Shown one piece after another: positions 58,835-64,000 of a DNA stretch of 64,000 bases. How positions within the stretch are numbered: position 1 is the first letter of the stretch; each line of letters starts with the position of its first letter. A program made the translations under genes and the position numbers. A model generated the notes under the pieces. The model was not told where the DNA came from and did not search any database. It saw only the letters and a program-made list of their open reading frames with translations. Origin of the DNA: an uncultured bacterium (GTDB lineage Bacteria > Desulfobacterota_D > UBA1144 > Nemesobacterales > UBA2774); assembly GCA_963705505.1 (NCBI GenBank), contig CAVPJU010000010.1, forward strand, positions 672,001-736,000, given 5' to 3'.

Positions 58835-60160
58835 TCACTGATCCTGTTCCGTAGTACTCCCGCTTTCCGGCTGAGCGACCGCCCCCTCAGTAAACGACAT
58901 CTGCTCCAATTTATCCTTTAACGCGATCCTCGCGGCGGTCTGGAGCTTAAGCGCTTCCTCTTCACTCTTGAGACCCGCGGACCTTACAAGGGTATCCGGG
59001 TCTGAGAAAGCTATATCCTCGAGTTTATGGAAACCCTCGCCGTACAAGAGATTGGCCGTTACTTCCTTCACGTTCGGAAGCGTCATGAGCAGATGCACGA
59101 CTTCCTGCTGTTCACGCTTAACCTGAGATTCCGTCTTGATATCGATTTTCCATTCCGTCAGCTGGGAGGCAAGCCTTACGTTCTGACCCCGCCTTCCTAT
59201 CGCTAAGGAGAGCTGGTCGTCGTCGACGATGATCTCCATGGATTTGTTGTCGTCGTCTATAATCACCTTGCTGACCCTGGCCGGGGAGAGCGCGTTGCAC
59301 GAGAATCTTGCAGCGTCGGAGGACCACGGGACTATGTCGATCTTCTCCCCCTTGAGCTCCTGTATGACGTTCTGAACCCTGGCTCCCCGCATCCCGACGC
59401 ATGCGCCCACCGGATCGACATCCGTATCATTAGAGGCTACCGCTATCTTCGTACGCCCTCCCGGGTCCCTCGCAATCGCTTTTATGGTGACTATCTGATC
59501 GCCTATCTCGGGGACTTCAGACTCAAAGAGCTTCCTTACGAAATCACGGTGCGAGCGTGAGAGTATAAGCTGCGGCCCACGCTTGGTCTCCTTAATTTCA
59601 TAGAGCATGGCTCTGAGCCTCTCTTTGGGCTTATAGTACTCCCTCGGAACCTGCTGCTCGGGGGGGAGAATAGCTTCAGTCCTGCCGAGGTCCACGATTA
59701 TATTTTTTCTCTCCACTCGTCTTACAATACCGCTTATGAGCTCCCCTTTGCGGTTCTTGAACTCCTCGTAAATTACTTTTCCCTCGGCCTCTTTGATGCT
59801 CTGAAGTATTTTCTGTTTCGCGTTCTGAATCGCTATCCTGGTGAAATCCGGATTAATCTTTACTCCGATCTGGTCGCCGAGCTCGGCCTCGGGATCGAGC
59901 TTGACGGCTTCCTCGACGCTGATTTCCATGTCGGGATCGGCTATATCTTCCACAACCGTCTTGAACTCGAAAAGCTCCACATCGCCGTCGTCCTCGTTAA
60001 AATGGACTTCGAGCTCTTTTTCCTTATCCTGCATGCGGAAAAGTTTCTGGGCGGCGGACAGGACGGCCTCTTCGACTGCGCTTACAATCTCTCCCTTCTC
60101 TATGCCTTTATCCTTGCAAACCGAGTCCATGACGCGGCTTAATTCCGTCATTGTTCCCAT
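58835..60160 (-). CDS. nusA: Transcription termination factor NusA
   Basis: LFE.EVPEI, ARDPG.RTKIAV, DPVGACVG, SLAIGRRGQNVRLA. Confidence 0.98.
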   Translation of the reverse strand: MGTMTELSRVMDSVCKDKGIEKGEIVSAVEEAVLSAAQKLFRMQDKEKELEVHFNEDDGDVELFEFKTVVEDIADPDMEISVEEAVKLDPEAELGDQIGVKINPDFTRIAIQNAKQKILQSIKEAEGKVIYEEFKNRKGELISGIVRRVERKNIIVDLGRTEAILPPEQQVPREYYKPKERLRAMLYEIKETKRGPQLILSRSHRDFVRKLFESEVPEIGDQIVTIKAIARDPGGRTKIAVASNDTDVDPVGACVGMRGARVQNVIQELKGEKIDIVPWSSDAARFSCNALSPARVSKVIIDDDNKSMEIIVDDDQLSLAIGRRGQNVRLASQLTEWKIDIKTESQVKREQQEVVHLLMTLPNVKEVTANLLYGEGFHKLEDIAFSDPDTLVRSAGLKSEEEALKLQTAARIALKDKLEQMSFTEGAVAQPESGSTTEQDQ

Positions 60161-60172
60161 TTATATGCCCCC

Positions 60173-60640
60173 TTAGAAATCAAGCTCCAGGTTAGCCTTT
60201 TCTATATCAACGTACGGTATGGAGAAACTGCCCCCCTCTGTCTCAACAGTTACAAGACCATCCTTGAATTCGAGGAGTTTCCCGATAAATAATTTCCTCT
60301 TTTCAAAATCCTTATTTGTTTTAATTTTCACCTTTTTTCCCTTAAATCTTAAAAAATCATCGGGTTTCTTAAGCGCCCTCGTTAGGCCCGGAGAAGAAAC
60401 CTCAAGCGTATAGGAATTCGGTATCATATCATGTATATCGAGAAGGGTCCCGAGCTCCCTGCTTACAACCGCGCAGTCATCTATCGTAACGCCTTCTTCT
60501 TTGTCTATGAAAACCCTCAGCACGCCGTTTTTTCCCTGTCCCTTGAACTGTATATCGAAGAGCTCAAGGTCTCTGCTTGCAAGGAGCGGCTCTAATAACT
60601 CCCTGACATTAAACAAAATATCCTTTTCCCGGGAATCCAT
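60173..60640 (-). CDS. rimP: Ribosome maturation factor RimP
   Basis: LRVFIDK..GV.IDDC, Y.LEVSSPG..R.L. Confidence 0.96.
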   Translation of the reverse strand: MDSREKDILFNVRELLEPLLASRDLELFDIQFKGQGKNGVLRVFIDKEEGVTIDDCAVVSRELGTLLDIHDMIPNSYTLEVSSPGLTRALKKPDDFLRFKGKKVKIKTNKDFEKRKLFIGKLLEFKDGLVTVETEGGSFSIPYVDIEKANLELDF

Positions 60641-60658
60641 TTTGCCTTGCTCTCAATT

Positions 60659-60682
60659 AAAAAAGCGGGACGTACCCGCTTT
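60659..60682 (-). terminator. rimP-leader attenuator hairpin
   Basis: AAAGCGGG-TACGT-CCCGCTTTTTT between the promoter and rimP, the known position and shape of rimP-leader elements. Confidence 0.8.
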
Positions 60683-60691
60683 AAGGAATAG

Positions 60692-60720
60692 ATTTTACCC
60701 TAATAGGCATGATAGAGCAA
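60692..60720 (-). promoter_or_regulatory. Sigma70 promoter of the rimP-nusA-infB operon
   Basis: TTGCTC-N17-TAAAAT. Confidence 0.65.
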
Positions 60721-60771
60721 GGCAGGCGAGCGGGCCCGAGGAGGGGAGACGGGCGTCTTCCGGGACGTATC

Positions 60772-62832
60772 TCAGGCTTTTATTCTCTTGAGTTTCTTTA
60801 ACAATTCGGCGAGCAGTCTCAGACCCTCTTCATCATCCGAGCCGCCGAACCTCAGGCGCAGGTACTTATCGGTAAGTAGCTCCATGAGCGGCGAGCCCGG
60901 GTACGAGCTTACGGCAAGAGCGCCTGAGAACTCCCTCGCGGTCATAGATTCAGGCTTGGGAAACCCCTTCTTCGAAAGGTACCCGAGCGCATCCCTATAT
61001 GCGGCTGACGCCTTCTGCCCGGTACCTGCATTCCTCCTTCGCAGGAGCGATCCGATATCGGGCTTTGTCAGAAAAACCCAAGTAAATAAGAGCAATGCCG
61101 CGATAACCGCTGCCGCTCTTTTATCGAATAAGGATTTAAATCCGGAGAAGCCCGAAAATGCCTTGCTGTTCCAGCTCCACCTATCGCGGACACGGTTCAG
61201 GAGCCGGATCTGATCCCTCTGGCTGAAATCGATTACATACCTGCTCCATCTGAACCTTAAATAATCGACGTACGAAGCGATAACGGAAAAAGCCCCCGCT
61301 TCCCTGCGATTCCCGCCCTCGGGTGTAGGGTCGAAGGAGACCCAGCCGTGCTCGGGGAAATATGCCTCGACCCACGAGTGGGCGTCGCTCTGTCGGACAA
61401 GGAAAAAATTTCCCTGTTCATTCACCTCCCCCCCTATAAATCCGTTCACGATTCTCGTAGGAATCCCGACCTCCCGTAAAAGTACCGCCATGGCAGTCGC
61501 AAAATACTCGCAGTGCCCCTCTTTTTTGTCAAAGAGAAACTCCTCCAGCGGGTATCCCCCGGAGTCTCCCTCAAGAGTCCTCGTATATCTGAAATTCGCA
61601 AGCAGGTAGCGTTTTACGGAGATCGCTTTATCATAGTTATCGGTATCGAGGGACGTTATCCGGAGTGCCAGCTCCTTTGTCCGATTGCCGAGCGGAGGAA
61701 GCGCCAAATAAGCTTCCATATCGTCCGCATAAGGAGGATTATCCTCCCGCAATTCATCAGGCGGGGGCTCGTGTACGTCAGAAAACGCATAATATTTTAT
61801 CCTGTAGGAAGTCCTGTCGGGGAGGACGTAGGAGTCGTTTATCCCCGCCACCCTGCCGCCCGGAACGGAACCGAACCCCATGGGGACATTCGCCGAAAAC
61901 AGCACGTCCGTGTCCAGAGGCTCCGTGATTATCTCCTGCTCTAGGTAGTCTTTACCGCTCCCTTTGTCGTTCACAATCACCCGGCCTTCCCGGTCGGGCT
62001 TATGGACCCTGTAACCGACCGACGCGGCCCTCCACGTTATGCCGTCGAACTCGTTTAGCGCAACACCCCTCCAGTAAACGGGGTAAGGGACGTCGTCTAT
62101 CTGCCGGTTGAGAACCCTGACCATCATCACGGGCGAGCCGTCTAGTTTTATCTCCCCTACCCTGCCGAGTTTAACCTCATCCGAGAAGCCGCTCCGTAAT
62201 TCCCCGGTCCTGAGGAACCCTGAGCTGAAGTAGCTCCCCCTCAACCTCGGGACGGATATGAATATAAGCGCCGCCGTGAGAAATATACAAAAGCTCACGA
62301 CGAACGTGGTGCTGAGAAAAAGGGGTGTGACGAGCTCAGGGTCTCCGCTCCGCTCACCCTCCGCATCGAGCGACCCTCTTCTCATTTCGAAAACGATAAC
62401 GGCCCAGATCGCGACGGCAATGTATACGATAAATGCAACTGCATATGAAAAGTTGACCGTAATTATCGTCCCCGCCAGGAACTGAAAGAAGCTGAGAACA
62501 TAGATTTGAATTATGTCCCTCATCTTTTTCCTGCTGAGTAGCTTTATCGCCTGTGTGAAAATCAGAAAATCCAGTATGCCCTGAAAAAGCTCGACCCCCA
62601 GGAAGAATGTGCCGAGAGCGATGTAGAGAACGAGCAAAAGCGCGAGCAGGGTCGAAGCACCGTGACCGAGGTAGTAACTCTTCCCGTATCTGCCGTTTAT
62701 GAAGCTGAGCGTTAAGGATATGGAAAATATTGCCGTCGCGGGGAGGCCGACCGCGCCCGTGAGGTAAATGGCCAGAAACCCCGCAAGGGCGATGAGATGC
62801 GTAAATATTACAAGCGCTCGGGAGATTCTCAT
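60772..62832 (-). CDS. TgpA-like membrane transglutaminase (DUF3488 + TGase core + DUF4129-like)
   Basis: Multi-TM N-terminus; GHCEYFA, HSWVE, FDPTP catalytic triad. Confidence 0.9.
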   Translation of the reverse strand: MRISRALVIFTHLIALAGFLAIYLTGAVGLPATAIFSISLTLSFINGRYGKSYYLGHGASTLLALLLVLYIALGTFFLGVELFQGILDFLIFTQAIKLLSRKKMRDIIQIYVLSFFQFLAGTIITVNFSYAVAFIVYIAVAIWAVIVFEMRRGSLDAEGERSGDPELVTPLFLSTTFVVSFCIFLTAALIFISVPRLRGSYFSSGFLRTGELRSGFSDEVKLGRVGEIKLDGSPVMMVRVLNRQIDDVPYPVYWRGVALNEFDGITWRAASVGYRVHKPDREGRVIVNDKGSGKDYLEQEIITEPLDTDVLFSANVPMGFGSVPGGRVAGINDSYVLPDRTSYRIKYYAFSDVHEPPPDELREDNPPYADDMEAYLALPPLGNRTKELALRITSLDTDNYDKAISVKRYLLANFRYTRTLEGDSGGYPLEEFLFDKKEGHCEYFATAMAVLLREVGIPTRIVNGFIGGEVNEQGNFFLVRQSDAHSWVEAYFPEHGWVSFDPTPEGGNRREAGAFSVIASYVDYLRFRWSRYVIDFSQRDQIRLLNRVRDRWSWNSKAFSGFSGFKSLFDKRAAAVIAALLLFTWVFLTKPDIGSLLRRRNAGTGQKASAAYRDALGYLSKKGFPKPESMTAREFSGALAVSSYPGSPLMELLTDKYLRLRFGGSDDEEGLRLLAELLKKLKRIKA

Positions 62833-63003
62833 ATTAAATTCCGAGTAAGGACTTCGAATTTAAACCGGGATCACGCCCACGGATTAAATTCTATACCCTT
62901 TCAAATAGGTGTAAATGTTCTTATTCGGATATGAAACGCAAAGAGGCAAAAGGCGGGATCGTACGGAGTACTCCCGACCGAGACGTAAACGGGATCAAGG
63001 GCC

Positions 63004-63420
63004 TCAGCGGCCTTTACCCCTAAATCTTGCTTTTATCTGACGAAGTGTATCTTCCTGCTCCGGGGTCAGGACATTTTTGATCTTAAGATACATCTCGACC
63101 TTGATACGGGTGAGGTTCGCTTTTACATCCTCGATGTCGTCCGTTATCTTCAAGACCTCGTCTCTCGAGCATTCGGGTTTTCTGAGGGTATCCAGGAGCT
63201 CGTTCTCCTTTCCGTTGAGCTCCTTTTGAAACGTTATTATCTGTTCTTTATAAGAATTAAAAATATTTTCTATAGAGTCGACCTGTTCCGCGGTCAGACC
63301 CATCTCCTGAGCTATGCGCGGGTTTTTCCACCACTTGTAATGGATTTCCCCGCTTAAGATGCCGAATGCATTTATCGAGAAGAGACATGTGCAAATGACT
63401 AACGCGAGCGATGCCCTCAA
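63004..63420 (-). CDS. Periplasmic Spy/CpxP/heavy-metal-sensor family protein
   Basis: Signal peptide; KWW..P, LTAEQ and LTPEQ motifs. Confidence 0.82.
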   Translation of the reverse strand: MRASLALVICTCLFSINAFGILSGEIHYKWWKNPRIAQEMGLTAEQVDSIENIFNSYKEQIITFQKELNGKENELLDTLRKPECSRDEVLKITDDIEDVKANLTRIKVEMYLKIKNVLTPEQEDTLRQIKARFRGKGR

Positions 63421-63926
63421 TTCATATCTCCGTTTCCGTTTATTTTCATTATTTCGACTCCGTTATCCCAGGGACCGTAGATCGAGAGCTCTTCGGTAGT
63501 TTCTCTCGTAGTGGCATTGTCGAGCTCAAGGAGAAGCATCTCGTCCTGCTCGTCGCTATTCGAATTATTCTGGTAACCCGAATCGGGCCCGATTAAGGCA
63601 AATGTAAAAATCCCCACTATCAATATCGACGCCAGCGCACCGGCGAGCGCCCAGTTCGGCTTTAATTTTTTAAGACGCGTGAAAAATCCCGGATAGAACC
63701 CGCTCTGCTCTTTTGAAACGCGATCCCAGAAGGTAGAGACGAAGTCGGCCCTCGGCTCGATTTCCCGCCATTCATCGAGCAAACTCCAGACGCTCTCGGA
63801 TTGCGCGAGGTATTGGCTGCATTCTTCGCATTCCCCGAGATGGGCTTCGACCAAATCCCTGTCCCCGTCAGGCAAGTCCTGCGAGGAATAACGGATAACC
63901 AGCTCCCTACAATCCCTACATTCCAT
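63417..63926 (-). CDS. Zinc-finger (ZAS/zf-HC2) transmembrane anti-sigma factor
   Basis: MEC..., HLGECEEC (HxxxCxxC), single TM helix. Confidence 0.85.
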   Translation of the reverse strand: MECRDCRELVIRYSSQDLPDGDRDLVEAHLGECEECSQYLAQSESVWSLLDEWREIEPRADFVSTFWDRVSKEQSGFYPGFFTRLKKLKPNWALAGALASILIVGIFTFALIGPDSGYQNNSNSDEQDEMLLLELDNATTRETTEELSIYGPWDNGVEIMKINGNGDMN

Positions 63927-64000
63927 GCTCTCCTCCCGTCAGATACGGTTTTAATCTGTCGATTAATTTCATCCTTCCTCTATGGACGTAAGCTTTGACC
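63916..64000 (-). CDS. ECF sigma factor, C-terminal end (truncated by the window)
   Basis: Manual translation ...VKAYVHRGRMKLIDRLKPYLTGGEHGM* resembles region 4.2 and overlaps the anti-sigma start. Confidence 0.7.
   Translation of the reverse strand, partial: VKAYVHRGRMKLIDRLKPYLTGGEHGM

Overview
64 kb of bacterial chromosome, about 50% GC, with deltaproteobacterial-type (Desulfobacterota-like) gene content and order. Ca. Dadabacteria is plausible but is an impression, not a test. The left arm (minus strand) holds core genes: tRNA-Thr/Tyr/Gly/Thr-tuf-rpmG-tRNA-Trp-secE-nusG-rplKAJL-rpoB (cut by the edge), lysS-lolC/E-lolD-bamA-skp-fabZ, and gmk-rel-lepB-pyrRBC. The right arm holds rimP-nusA-infB-rbfA-nrnA-truB-rpsO-pnp-miaA and an ECF sigma/anti-sigma/Spy trio. 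Between them is a ~25 kb accessory block: an arsM-CMD-arsS-glycosyltransferase (arsenosugar-type) cluster, TlpA/CcdA, a malic enzyme, a CDF transporter, a cusCBA Cu/Ag efflux island with five small exported proteins, and a GAF-GGDEF cyclase. Best leads: (1) a secreted Cys/His uORF ending in HDPP, followed by a terminator-like hairpin and an SD-sequestering switch, upstream of cusCBA; (2) a ~290 bp stack of 7-8 unrelated palindromic repeats between ccmH and miaA; (3) a His-rich tail in frame behind a TAG; (4) a membrane DUF4124 fused to a degenerate Mrr nuclease; (5) the arsenosugar cluster. All calls come from reading the sequence; no searches were run.
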